From: Okeania sp.
GTDB taxonomy: Bacteria; Cyanobacteriota; Cyanobacteriia; Cyanobacteriales; Microcoleaceae
Direction: 5' to 3'
Assembly: GCF_035285525.1 (NCBI RefSeq)
Contig: NZ_JAYKGW010000150.1
Span: 1 to 26,536 of the forward strand
DNA length: 26,536 nucleotides
The position numbers and the translations under genes are program-made. The notes beneath the pieces were generated by a model that saw only the letters and a list, made by a program, of their open reading frames with translations, was not told the DNA's origin and did not search any database. Shown piece after piece: positions 1-9,805 of this stretch (positions are counted from its first letter, which is position 1; the number at the start of each line of letters is the position of its first letter).

Positions 1-7
1 TAATCAA

Positions 8-2239
8 TTAACGATCGCTCAGAACTTCACCATAAGAAAAACCTGGAGCTGCTAGAACAAAAACCGTACTGGGAAGACCTTGAGTTTTAGACTGTAAATC
101 CTGATAATACTGAGTAAAATTTTCTCCTGGAGTCCGAATACCAAGGAAAATCAAATCGGCATCCTGAGAAGATTCATGTAAAATATCATAAAAAGGCCGA
201 CCATTAGATACCAAAACTTCAGAAGTTGCACCAATGCGTAAATCTTGAATCACATTATCAACATTTGCTTGGGTGGCTTTAACTGCATTTTCTTCAGGAA
301 CAACTAACTTCAAATGAATCTGGGCATTTCGCCAATCCATATCTGTACGCAACAAATAAGCCAAAAGTAGCATTAAGCCACCATTATTTTGTAAACCACC
401 CCACCAAACATCTATGCGACGATGTTGACCAAATTCACGATCGCTATCTTCCCGAAAAATTACCACATTTTTCTTAGCTTTATGAATATGAGCAACTAAC
501 TGACAGTAGCGATCGCGACGAGAAGGTTCCTGACTATCTCCAAGCACTACAGTATTCGGTGCTAATGATCCAATGCCATAAGTTTCTACTAAAAGTTTTG
601 CTCCATCAAAAAAATCTGTAGCTGTGACAACTCTTACCAAGACTTGTATTCCCCGCTTTTCCACATACTCACGAATAGTTTCTTGCATATCACTCTGCTG
701 AGAAACATCACGAGATGAACTAGGCAAAACACTACAAACCGTAATTATGCCTCGATTATGAGTGAGGTTATCTGCAAATTGAATTAACAACCAACGTTTT
801 TTCGGTATCCCAGACAAAACCAAAATATGAGGACGCCAGTTTTTAGTATCTTCTTCACCAATCTGCAAAATTCCTTCCCGGACTAAGGCCATCCATATTC
901 CTCGTCTAGCATCTCCCCAAGTTGTCTCTAACTCTCGTCGTTGTAGCCAAATGAAAATGGCCAATACTATTCCAGCAGCAATAACAGTAGCTACAGCATT
1001 AATCAGAAACATTATTGCCAAACAACCCAAAGCACCCAACATTGATAATGACCAATGAACTTTAAATGTGGGACGGAAAGAGGGACTTTGTAAAAAGCCT
1101 TCTATACCTGCTGAGACGTTCAAAACCAGATATGTTGTTAAAAAGAACATGGTCAAAACTGGGGCAATAATATTTAAGTCCCCAATACAAACTGTGGCAG
1201 TTGCGATTCCTAAAGTTACGGCTGTACCAATTCGAGGTTCGTCATTTGGTCCACTACCATTACCAAGACAAGATAACCAACGGGGTAATACTCCATCTCT
1301 GGCTAATGCTTGTAAGACTCTGGGAGCCCCCAAAATACTACCGAGAGCGCTGGAAAGGGTTGCTCCCCAAACTCCCAATAAAATACCTGGTCCCCAAAAA
1401 GCCATTTCTTTCATAATCAGGGGATTTTCTATTAAGGTACCTGCATCGGCACGCATAGCCAGAATAATTGGTAATACCATGTAAATCACATATCCTGTAC
1501 CAACTGCTGCTAAAGTACCTATAGGAATAGAACGGGTTGGGTCTCGCAAGTCTCCAGACATACTCACCCCTGCCATTATTCCTGTTACTGCTGGAAAAAA
1601 GATCGCCAAAACTGTCCAAAAAGATTCTGTAGATTGGCCTGGAGTTGCCCAAATTTCTATGGTTGTTGGTTCGAGGGGCTGTCCAAATGCCAATGAAATT
1701 AGGGATAAGGCGATCGCTCCCATGATAAAATATTGTGCCTTAATCGCGATTTCTGCGGAAGTTAAGGCCAATACTGCTACACCTATTGTGGTAATCAAAG
1801 CTACATACAACTGATTCAGGCCACCAAAAGCATCTACCATACTTTCCGCAAAACCTATGGTATATAGGGCAACTGAGAGAGCTTGGGCAAAATAAAGGGG
1901 TATTCCTACTGCTCCACCTGTTTCAATACCCAGAGATCGACTAATCATATAGTATGCACCTCCTCCTCTCACTATTCTGTCTGTGGCGATCGCGCTAACT
2001 GATAAAGAGGTGAGAAAGGTAATACTTGTGCAGAGAGTAACAATAAGTAGAGTACCTAGTAAGCCTACATTACCGACTACCCATCCAAAGCGGAGGTACA
2101 TAATTACACCCAATATTGTCAAAATTGAGGGAGTATATACACCGCCAAATGTTCCTAATTTGCCATTATCACCATCGGCAGGAGTTTTTGGAGTTGGCTG
2201 TGTTTCTTCTGGTAGATTTGCACGTTTAAATAGTTTCAT
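8..2239 (-). CDS. SLC12 / cation-chloride cotransporter-like permease (APC superfamily) with large cytosolic C-terminal domain
   Basis: Long ORF 8..2293. The N-terminal motif GTFGGVYTPSILTILGVIMYLRFGWVVG is followed by about 12 hydrophobic spans typical of SLC12/CCC carriers, then a soluble C-terminal domain of about 270 aa. I place the start at ATG 2239 (MKLFKRANL...). The 18 codons further upstream (to 2293) are AT-rich and look non-coding. Stop TAA at 8-10. Confidence 0.8.
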   Translation of the reverse strand: MKLFKRANLPEETQPTPKTPADGDNGKLGTFGGVYTPSILTILGVIMYLRFGWVVGNVGLLGTLLIVTLCTSITFLTSLSVSAIATDRIVRGGGAYYMISRSLGIETGGAVGIPLYFAQALSVALYTIGFAESMVDAFGGLNQLYVALITTIGVAVLALTSAEIAIKAQYFIMGAIALSLISLAFGQPLEPTTIEIWATPGQSTESFWTVLAIFFPAVTGIMAGVSMSGDLRDPTRSIPIGTLAAVGTGYVIYMVLPIILAMRADAGTLIENPLIMKEMAFWGPGILLGVWGATLSSALGSILGAPRVLQALARDGVLPRWLSCLGNGSGPNDEPRIGTAVTLGIATATVCIGDLNIIAPVLTMFFLTTYLVLNVSAGIEGFLQSPSFRPTFKVHWSLSMLGALGCLAIMFLINAVATVIAAGIVLAIFIWLQRRELETTWGDARRGIWMALVREGILQIGEEDTKNWRPHILVLSGIPKKRWLLIQFADNLTHNRGIITVCSVLPSSSRDVSQQSDMQETIREYVEKRGIQVLVRVVTATDFFDGAKLLVETYGIGSLAPNTVVLGDSQEPSRRDRYCQLVAHIHKAKKNVVIFREDSDREFGQHRRIDVWWGGLQNNGGLMLLLAYLLRTDMDWRNAQIHLKLVVPEENAVKATQANVDNVIQDLRIGATSEVLVSNGRPFYDILHESSQDADLIFLGIRTPGENFTQYYQDLQSKTQGLPSTVFVLAAPGFSYGEVLSDR

Positions 2240-2295
2240 ACATCTAAAAAATTTGCAATTATTGATAATTTTAAATTTAATTTTTGTCAGCATTT

Positions 2296-2379
2296 AGCTA
2301 TTAGCAATCAGCTTTGACTGGGGAATGCTGCGCAAACAGCTATTATTAATCAGCTTTGACTGGGGAATTTTGTGTCAAG
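2296..2379 (+). repeat. Two tandem 42-nt units of a short dispersed repeat (SDR)
   Basis: AGCTATTAGCAATCAGCTTTGACTGGGGAATGCTGCGCAAAC (2296-2337) is followed directly by AGCTATTATTAATCAGCTTTGACTGGGGAATTTTGTGTCAAG (2338-2379). Related units occur at 9125-9139, 9652-9666, 22851-22920 and 23667-23745. Confidence 0.8.
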
Positions 2380-2791
2380 ATATTTTTAACTTCTAGCACA
2401 TTTTCAACAAGATAATTATTGAAGTTCAACAACGAGAGTTTTAGTTTTCAAATCATACAATTAGTTGTGTTGAAGAAAATGTATTTTTTCTGAGAAACTG
2501 ATATCTAATAGCTTAATACTTACTAATCTTTTAAATATAAAATTTTAGATAGTATTGTGCTTGAAAATTATAGCATACAAATAACAAAACATATAAATAA
2601 TTTAAACAGTAAACCAGATTTCTAAGAGGAGTTGTTGTTGTTAATAATAATAAAATAGAGGTTTACATGAATAATCTGGTTTTTGCGTTTGGTGTACTTA
2701 AGCAATCTCATTACAACAATTGTTAGAATGCTGAGGTGTAGCTTAACACTAATTTCTATTCCTGATTCCCTTTTTTCTTTGAGTTGAGTAA

Positions 2792-4450
2792 ATGTCTAAT
2801 ACCCGTTTATTAACACTAATTTTAGGTCTTTGTTTGATTTTATTACTCATAATTTGGCTGATTAGTTCCCTATCATGGCTATACAGTCAAATTTCATGGT
2901 ATGCACCTCCATTTTTGGCTAACTTGTTAGTGCTATTATTAATTATTCTGATTGGAATTGTTATTTTGGCCTTTGTTTATTATTTGAGACTATATATAAC
3001 TCCGAAAAGTAAACGGCGACTAAACTCAAAAGTTAAAGTCAAGATTCCAGTTGTTAAATCTGATGCTGCTTCTGAATCTCTTAAAGCAGTCAAACAACAA
3101 GTCATCCAAATTCAGGATGAGGTGGCCAGACAAGCTTTATTGAGCCGTTCACAAGAGATAGAGGCTAGTTTAGCACAAGGTAATATCAAAGTTGTTGTTT
3201 TTGGTACTGGTTCGGCGGGTAAAACTTCTCTGGTAAATGCACTGATAGGACGAATGGTGGGAAGGGTAGAAGCACCGATGGGTTCCACAAAAGTAGGAGA
3301 AACTTATAATTTAAAATTATCAACATTAGAAAGGGAAATTTTGATTACTGATACACCTGGTATTCTGGAAGCGGGGGTAGCGGGTACGGAAAGAGGCGAA
3401 ATGGCAAGAGTTTTGGCGACGGAGGCTAATTTGTTGTTGTTTGTGGTTGATAACGATCTACAGCAGTCGGAATATATTGCTTTGAAGGGTTTGGCGGAAA
3501 TTGGTAAGCGATCACTTGTGGTTTTTAACAAAATCGATCTTTACACGGAGGAAGATAAGGAAGCGATCATGGTTAAACTGAGGGAAAGGTTGTTGGGGGT
3601 TGTGAGTAAAATGGATATTGTGGCGATCGCTGCTCATCCTCATTCTGTCCGTTTGGAAACGGGGGAAGTTTTTCAACCAGAAGCTGATATTAAAGCTTTG
3701 ATTCAACGTTTGGCGGCAGTTTTACGATTGGAAGGGGAGGATTTAATTGCTGATAATATTTTGCTACAGTCTCAAATTTTGGGGGAGGAAGCAAGAGGTT
3801 TAATAGATGCTCAAAGAAGAAAGCGTGGGGAAAAGGTGGTGGAGAAGTTTCAGTGGATAGGAGCGGGTGTGATAGCGGTTACTCCTTTACCTGTGGTGGA
3901 TGTGTTGGCGACGGCGGCGGTTAATGCTCAAATGGTTATAGATATTGGTAATATTTATGGTTGTGAATTAAATTGGGAAAGGGGGCAAGAGTTGGCAATG
4001 TCTTTGGCAAAAACTCTGGCTGGTTTGGGTATTGTGGAAGGGGCGATAAAATTAATTTCTACGGCTTTACAGTTGAATTTAGCTACTTTTATTATTGGTA
4101 AGGCTATTCAAGGAGTAAGTGCTGCTTATTTAACTAGGATTGCTGGAAACAGTTTTATTGAGTATTTTAGTCAGAATCAAGATTGGGGTGATGGAGGGAT
4201 TACTGAGGTTGTACAAAAACAGTTTGAACTAACAAAAAAGGATGAGTTTGTTAAGTTGTTTCTTCAGGATGCGATCGCTAAATTTGTTGAACCTTTGACT
4301 AATATTTATTCTTCTGATGAAGAAGTTGAAACTGAGTCGGAATTTTCTGAGGAAGAAGCGGAAATAAATTCTCAATCTCAACCTAGTCAAAAAGTATATA
4401 ATTTTGATGATTGGGAAACAGAAAATAGATCGAAAAGAGAGGATTGGTGA
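2792..4450 (+). CDS. Membrane-anchored P-loop GTPase with C-terminal DUF697/YcjF-like region
   Basis: 552-aa ORF. It has two N-terminal TM helices and a coiled-coil. GTPase motifs are GTGSAGKTS (G1), DTPG (G3) and NKID (G4). These are followed by an Ala/Gly/Ile-rich membrane-associated segment and an acidic tail (SSDEEVETESEFSEEEAE). Confidence 0.75.
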   Translation: MSNTRLLTLILGLCLILLLIIWLISSLSWLYSQISWYAPPFLANLLVLLLIILIGIVILAFVYYLRLYITPKSKRRLNSKVKVKIPVVKSDAASESLKAVKQQVIQIQDEVARQALLSRSQEIEASLAQGNIKVVVFGTGSAGKTSLVNALIGRMVGRVEAPMGSTKVGETYNLKLSTLEREILITDTPGILEAGVAGTERGEMARVLATEANLLLFVVDNDLQQSEYIALKGLAEIGKRSLVVFNKIDLYTEEDKEAIMVKLRERLLGVVSKMDIVAIAAHPHSVRLETGEVFQPEADIKALIQRLAAVLRLEGEDLIADNILLQSQILGEEARGLIDAQRRKRGEKVVEKFQWIGAGVIAVTPLPVVDVLATAAVNAQMVIDIGNIYGCELNWERGQELAMSLAKTLAGLGIVEGAIKLISTALQLNLATFIIGKAIQGVSAAYLTRIAGNSFIEYFSQNQDWGDGGITEVVQKQFELTKKDEFVKLFLQDAIAKFVEPLTNIYSSDEEVETESEFSEEEAEINSQSQPSQKVYNFDDWETENRSKREDW

Positions 4451-4799
4451 ATGGATAATTAATAATGAATAATTGATAATTGATAATTAGGGCTTGAATT
4501 TAATTAAAATTTTTGTTTTTATTATCTATCAATAAATCTACTTGATATAAAATACTTGTTACCCATAATATTAGTTACTGAAAAATTCAGTTATAAGGCT
4601 TCTCTATTCATGGATAAAGAAGAAAGATTTCCTTTTAGTCAATCATTTTCTTTATAATAAAGAGGTAATAATTAATAATTAATTGTTGAAGAGACTTACG
4701 CAGAAACCGGGTTTCTTTGCTGAAATTTCCTCCTTTGAACAACAACGGCAATCAACTCGGTTTCTTGGTTGCGCCTGCGCCAGTCCTGTGTCTATAAAC

Positions 4800-4922
4800 T
4801 TACAGCAGATTCCAACTATATAAAGTACAGATATTAATAATTAAGTTTTCTCAGTGCGATTTTTCCGGAACCGTGCATCTTGCTCCCGTGGGTCTACCTC
4901 ACAAAAGTCGAATCTGCTATGC
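4800..4922 (+). mobile_element. MITE-like element, family B, copy 1 (right TIR degenerate)
   Basis: It starts with TTACAGCAGATTCCAAC and ends with GAATCTGCTAT. The internal TATATAAAGTACAGATATTAATAAT and CAGTGCGA...CCCGTGGGT.TACCTCAC.AAA segments are shared with 11276-11387 and 11540-11647. Confidence 0.65.
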
Positions 4923-6391
4923 TATATTTATAGCAATGTGCGCACTTAATATTTACAAATTGCCGGAGGTGTCCAAGCAGCTCAAAACCTTATATTATAA
5001 GCTATTTATTCTTCCTCCATACCTGTTCCTTCTCTTGGTTGATTGGATATGGTTACGGAACCTATCCATCCCACCTTTCGGGAAACTCCGCTTTTCATGT
5101 TGGGCAGCGAAACAACTGCTGTTGCCTATTCCCTAAAAGCAGTGCTATACTTTTTTTATTCCTTCTTCTATTTGTCACGAACATTTATCACGCTTGGTAT
5201 AAAAGCGCGATCGCATTTCCACTTATCTAATTCTCTTTTTCATTTTATTAAGCACCTGCGCTGAGCGAGCGACTTACTTCCAAAATACACGAAAAATTCT
5301 TTTGATGCAACTACTCTGTATTTCTTACATATCAATGCTTTGAAAAAATAACTTACAAAAACGTTTGGCTGCGGTATCGCACCCAAATTTCCCCCATTTT
5401 TGACTCTAAAGAGCTACTTTCAACTTTTTTTGCTAAATTTAGTTTAAATTCCAAATATATTTAGGGAAATTTTATAAGTTTCATTTATGTTAATATTTTA
5501 TAAATCCCTAAAAAGCTTACATGTAAAGACTTTCAATAAAAATACCAGTATAAAAAATAAACCTTCTTCCTTCTTCTCTCTTACTTCCTTCTTCTGCTTA
5601 AGAATTACTGCTATTGCCTTAGTAAACAAAGCAGTTGTTGTGACTAAGGTTAATTGTTCGTTATTGATTTACTAACGTGTATTTACATAAATTCACATAA
5701 ATTGATTCACTCAATTTATACAAATTGTGTTAAGATGCAGAAAAGTTGGTAGTGTGAAACCAGGCCACTGAGTAACCGCTATACTGATAAGTTGCCCTAG
5801 CATGGTCAAGTAATTTCAACTTCTGCGAAAGCTAATAACCAAGGCGACATAAGTGTTGAAAGCGTCTACAGTTTTTTTGTAGACCTTAGGAGATACCCCC
5901 TCAGTAAGTTAGATTACTGTGCATTGTTAGCTTTTGTTAACACTCATATTATCGGAATACAAAAGACTTTACTAAAGTTCCTATATCCATTATCCATCGT
6001 TTCAATGGTGCATGAGGAGGGATTGCTAAATTTTAGCCATCTAACGCACCATACTAGACCGACACAGCTAATGAGTTTGCAATAGATTTTAGGTAAAAGC
6101 TTTAACATATAAGGGTTATCGCTAAATCCTAATGCACCATTTAAGGCGTGTCAGTCCCATACTTTATCTCCCTTATACAAAAGTGTAAGGTTGGCATCGC
6201 CTAGTTATCTTAGTTTTTTTAAGTTCGACACACTGGTTTTTCAAATTTCTTTACCTGTGTAATGCCGAACACTCTTATGTCGAAACTAGCTACACCAATA
6301 CGATGTATTGTAACTGAAATAACTTTGACTTTAAAAAAAGTAGGCTGGACTAACCATTTAAGGGATTTGAACGCTTTGGCTAAATTTGTGG

Positions 6392-7261
6392 TTAGTCCTT
6401 ACTACAAGCTTCCCAAAGTCTCTGACTATTATCACTTAAACCATCCAACAACCAGTCGAATCTAATTCTTTGAGCTTTTTTATCATTAGCAAGAAAGTCA
6501 TTAATATACCTTTGCCAGCTTAAATTTTTTTTCCCTCCAGGAAGTATAAACCCATAACCAGAACAAAAAGGACGACCATTTGCCTGATTGACAGTAATCA
6601 AAGTATAATTCTTTTCAAGATCCAAGTTCCTCTCCAGCGCCGCACCTAACAAAATAGTTCCATCATTTGAAAAACCACTAATTTCACCGTCCATCAAAGC
6701 ATCCATACCTTGTTCTAAACTTAAAAATTTTTTCTCAATTTGTTCTTCAGGGAAAACTTTTTCTAGATCGCCTACAGTAGTAGTATTCCTAATTGCACCA
6801 ACTACGCCATTACCAGTATTTATATCTTCTTCTTGCCTACCTCTTTCAGCCAAAATTTGTGTTGCCGAAATGAAAAAAGGTGTAGAAAAATAAACACCAT
6901 ATTTTTCTTCACGTTCAGGCAGAATAGCATTAGGACCACATTCTAAATCTACCGTACCACTTGTTACCAAATCCCAACGACTTTGGACAGTTGAGGTGAC
7001 GAACCTTACCCTGATTGGATTGAGTGTATTACCAGTAGCACTCAGACGTTCAGCTAGAGCATAAGCAATATCTACACAATATCCTGTCCGTTTTCCATCC
7101 TCCCTAGAACCAAACCAAAAGACATCTTCTCTAACTGCTACTGTTATTTCCTCTTTTCTAATTATTTTTTCTTGTATTTGTGCTTGACTTATTTTTTGAG
7201 GAAAAATAGTCCCTAGAAATGCCAGAGATGTAGCAATAATAAATTTCAGTTTCTTGTTCAT
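6392..7261 (-). CDS. Periplasmic solute-binding protein, family 3 (amino-acid-type SBP), orphan
   Basis: 289-aa ORF with a signal peptide (MNKKLKFIIATSLAFLGTIFPQKISQAQ) and a two-lobe SBP_bac_3-like sequence (GYCVDIAYALAERL..., DLECGPN..., GFILPGG). It starts 17 nt after the porin stop on the same strand. No permease or ATPase gene is adjacent. Confidence 0.7.
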   Translation of the reverse strand: MNKKLKFIIATSLAFLGTIFPQKISQAQIQEKIIRKEEITVAVREDVFWFGSREDGKRTGYCVDIAYALAERLSATGNTLNPIRVRFVTSTVQSRWDLVTSGTVDLECGPNAILPEREEKYGVYFSTPFFISATQILAERGRQEEDINTGNGVVGAIRNTTTVGDLEKVFPEEQIEKKFLSLEQGMDALMDGEISGFSNDGTILLGAALERNLDLEKNYTLITVNQANGRPFCSGYGFILPGGKKNLSWQRYINDFLANDKKAQRIRFDWLLDGLSDNSQRLWEACSKD

Positions 7262-7278
7262 AATTATTAATTCTCAGG

Positions 7279-9012
7279 TTAAAATCTTAAAGAGCTTCGA
7301 GTTACAAATACCCAAATTGGGTCATTTTGATCGTCATGTTCTGGCTTAGTCTCAACAAAAAAACCAGACGTTATATCTATATTATTGGAAATTCGATAAC
7401 TGTAGAAAACTTGAAACTGTAAAGAAGTATCTGGATCCTCATCACCATTGTCAACATTAGTCAATTTTGGCTGTTGACCAACAGAAAAACCTAACATTCC
7501 ATTTTCAAGCAGTAAGTCATCTATAGCTACCGTCACTGCCCAGTTCCAAATATCCGCTTTATCTCCTTCGCGAGCCCCTGCTTCTGCTCTAGCATTACTA
7601 TAACCAACCCAACCAGAGACAGTAACAGGCGCCAAACGATAGCTAGTTTGAAATCCAAAATGATCTGCTGAAGTGGCCACATCCCCAAAAGGTCGTGCAG
7701 CATTTTCACTCCCTGTAAAACCTGATACCTCAACTGAATCCGCCGTATAATATGATCTCACATAAGCCAAAGAAAAATCAAAATTTATGGTTGGTGAAAC
7801 AGTTAACTGAGCATAAGCGCTATTTGTACCATTAAAAAGTCCACGACCATCTCTGGGATCCTCCCCACTACCTGTAAGATAAGCTAAATCTAACCTAAAA
7901 TTATCATTAATTTGATAACTATAACCCAAACCAGCACCCCCTGGTTGGATATAAATATTGGGATTATAAATACCGAATAAAGACAAGCTTCCGTTACTAC
8001 TAATCAGTTTAGGATTAAGTGCAGGAGCCATTAAGTCGAAGTCAAGTCCAGCGCCTCCCACATAAGCGCTCATTCTATCGTTGAGAGGAAAAGTATAGTA
8101 TACTTCTGCTAATTTGGCAATATCGCCACCTGGAGAGCCTAAGCCTAAAAAGGTCATCGCAGTACCTGTACTTACTCCAGGTAAGTCTCCCACCCTGATC
8201 CTAGTCCTGAGGAAGTCTTTACCTGTAAAACTGGTATCAAAGTTGAGTGTCACATTATGGCCAAATCCCATTTGGACATCATCAGCGCTTACTGTGCCAC
8301 TATCATCACCGAAAGCGTCATATAAAGCTAGGGTTACTTCTCCTTTTAGCACAGTTGTGGTAGAAAATTGATTAGCATCCAGAACATCTGCGCGAGTTTC
8401 CAAGGCATCGAGGCGGGACTTAAGTTCTGCTATTTCCACAGCAAAATCTTCTTGTAATTTTTGGCTTTTCTCTAAGTCTTCTGAGGAAATATAATTTTCA
8501 TCAAATTGTTCAATTAGACCTTGAATCACTTGCAAACATTCGTTAAGATTAGCTGCAAATTCATAACGAGTAATGGCCCTGTTACCACTGAATGTCCCAT
8601 TTGGGGATGCCAGTAGACAACCATAACGTTCTGCTAATCCTTGGACTGCAGTGTAAGCCCAATCTGTGGGTAGAACATCACTAAGTTGATTAACAGAGTT
8701 AATTTGTTCTAAAGGGAAAGATATTTCTGGGAATTGACTGTATTGTTCTATTTTTTCTAAAATAATACTATCATTTGCATTTTTTTCGGTAGTTGTAGTT
8801 GCGGTTTCCTGTTTTGAACTTGCAATTGGTTGAAATTTTAAGACAGGTTGGTTGAGAGGGTTGTATTTTTCTATGGTTTCTAAAATATGGTTATTTTGGT
8901 CACTATCTTGAGTTGATATTTGTTCTTCGGCTTTACTGGTCGAAGCAATAGATAACACAAGTCCCATTCCCAAAATTAAGGGAAAAATCACAACATAAGT
9001 TTTACGTCCCAT
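7279..9012 (-). CDS. Outer-membrane porin, SLH domain plus OprB-type beta-barrel
   Basis: 577-aa ORF. It has a signal peptide ending SKAEE and an SLH motif (LPTDWAYTAVQGLAERYGCL...RAITRYEFAANLNECL). A coiled-coil linker (AELKSRLDALETRADVLD) follows. The C-terminal half has an alternating beta-strand pattern and a terminal Phe (SSLRF), the standard cyanobacterial porin architecture. Confidence 0.85.
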   Translation of the reverse strand: MGRKTYVVIFPLILGMGLVLSIASTSKAEEQISTQDSDQNNHILETIEKYNPLNQPVLKFQPIASSKQETATTTTEKNANDSIILEKIEQYSQFPEISFPLEQINSVNQLSDVLPTDWAYTAVQGLAERYGCLLASPNGTFSGNRAITRYEFAANLNECLQVIQGLIEQFDENYISSEDLEKSQKLQEDFAVEIAELKSRLDALETRADVLDANQFSTTTVLKGEVTLALYDAFGDDSGTVSADDVQMGFGHNVTLNFDTSFTGKDFLRTRIRVGDLPGVSTGTAMTFLGLGSPGGDIAKLAEVYYTFPLNDRMSAYVGGAGLDFDLMAPALNPKLISSNGSLSLFGIYNPNIYIQPGGAGLGYSYQINDNFRLDLAYLTGSGEDPRDGRGLFNGTNSAYAQLTVSPTINFDFSLAYVRSYYTADSVEVSGFTGSENAARPFGDVATSADHFGFQTSYRLAPVTVSGWVGYSNARAEAGAREGDKADIWNWAVTVAIDDLLLENGMLGFSVGQQPKLTNVDNGDEDPDTSLQFQVFYSYRISNNIDITSGFFVETKPEHDDQNDPIWVFVTRSSLRF

Positions 9013-9317
9013 ACTTTTTATTTGATAATTTTGATTGATACTTAAAAAAGCTAAGTTATTTTAATACACGAGTGAATTTATTACAACTATTGATGATTAT
9101 TTTCTTTATGTGTAAGCATTCGGTTATTAGCCGTCAGCTCAAGCGCAAATTCTATCTAAACATAAAATGGCTTTAAATGAATATAAGCTTTAAAGTCGGC
9201 TTTGATAGTAAGATTCAATTTATGTCAATTAATAAAGCTTTTATCTGAAACCAAATAAATAGCTGATTGTTAAATGCTTAGGTCATAATTATCTCAAAAT
9301 TCTCACTTTTTCCACTG

Positions 9318-9625
9318 CATTAACTGAAATGTTGTGATTTTTTTAGTACCTAAAATTATTCTCATCTTATATTTATATATAAATTGTCAAGGATTTTGTC
9401 TCATCAACTATTATCTAAGATTTTCATGATTTTTTAACTCAGTAAAAATGGAGATATAAAACTATGACATTAACTGAAAAGTTGTGATTTTTTTAGTACC
9501 TAAAATTATTCTCATCTTATATTTATATATAAATTGTCAAGGATTTTGTCTCATCAACTATTACCTAAGATTTTCATGATTTTTTAACTCAGTAAAAATG
9601 GAGATATAAAACTATGACATTAACT
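9318..9625. repeat. 150-bp tandem direct duplication (2.05 copies)
   Basis: 9318-9467 and 9468-9617 are identical except for two positions (9330 T vs 9480 A; T/C in TTATCTAAG vs TTACCTAAG). An 8-nt start of a third unit (CATTAACT) lies at 9618-9625. The repeat sits in the divergent porin/ispG intergenic region. Confidence 0.95.
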
Positions 9626-9805
9626 TGCTTCATTTACTAAAAAAAACTGATAGCTGACTGCTAATACCTGAAAGCTTACATATTAATTTTAATTTTTTTA
9701 TAAAATTACTTTGAGAAATTGATATAAGTGGCAATTATATGGCAACCTGAAATATAGAAAAAAATAGACTACTAAGCTTATTCTCTACAAAAAAATAACA
9801 TAATT

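Noticed and set aside
1068-2297. ORFs 1068..1484(+), 1201..1416(+), 1338..1652(-) and 1983..2297(+), all overlapping the permease gene
   Set aside because: They lie antisense or out of frame inside a well-supported 744-761-aa transporter CDS. Their products are low-complexity with no motifs. They are typical shadow ORFs.
3304-3706. ORFs 3304..3531(-) and 3512..3706(-) inside the GTPase gene
   Set aside because: They are antisense shadow ORFs within a CDS that carries clear G1/G3/G4 motifs.
2792-4450. The membrane GTPase considered as part of a defence or dynamin-like novel system
   Set aside because: It stands alone between a permease and a non-coding tract with no partner genes. The architecture (TM, GTPase, DUF697-like) looks like a widespread conserved cyanobacterial protein rather than an accessory system.
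4873-5675. ORFs 4873..5136, 5039..5230, 5043..5264 and 5487..5675, considered as a possible frameshifted pseudogene or as the transposase partner of the adjacent family-B MITE
   Set aside because: The three frames overlap rather than abut. The peptides are hydrophobic and low-complexity with no transposase (DDE/HUH) or other recognisable motif. This cannot be excluded without BLASTX, but the sequence gives no support for it.
5748-5770. Cobalamin-riboswitch-like string GGTAGTGTGAAACCAGGCCACTG (it resembles the GGTG..AA.CC...GCCACTG core)
   Set aside because: The conserved GxxCCC segment and the B12 box are missing. No plus-strand gene lies downstream for it to regulate. The resemblance is too short to call, and only a covariance-model scan could revive it.
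6262-6465. ORF 6262..6465(+)
   Set aside because: It overlaps the 3' end of the solute-binding protein gene on the opposite strand and has no SD sequence or motif.
7533-8371. ORFs 7533..7733(-) and 8114..8371(+) within the porin gene. The same reasoning applies to 9778..10032(-) and 10123..10329(-) over ispG, and to 25927..26214(+) over ndhA.
   Set aside because: Each overlaps a confidently identified conserved gene in another frame or on the other strand, and none has independent support.
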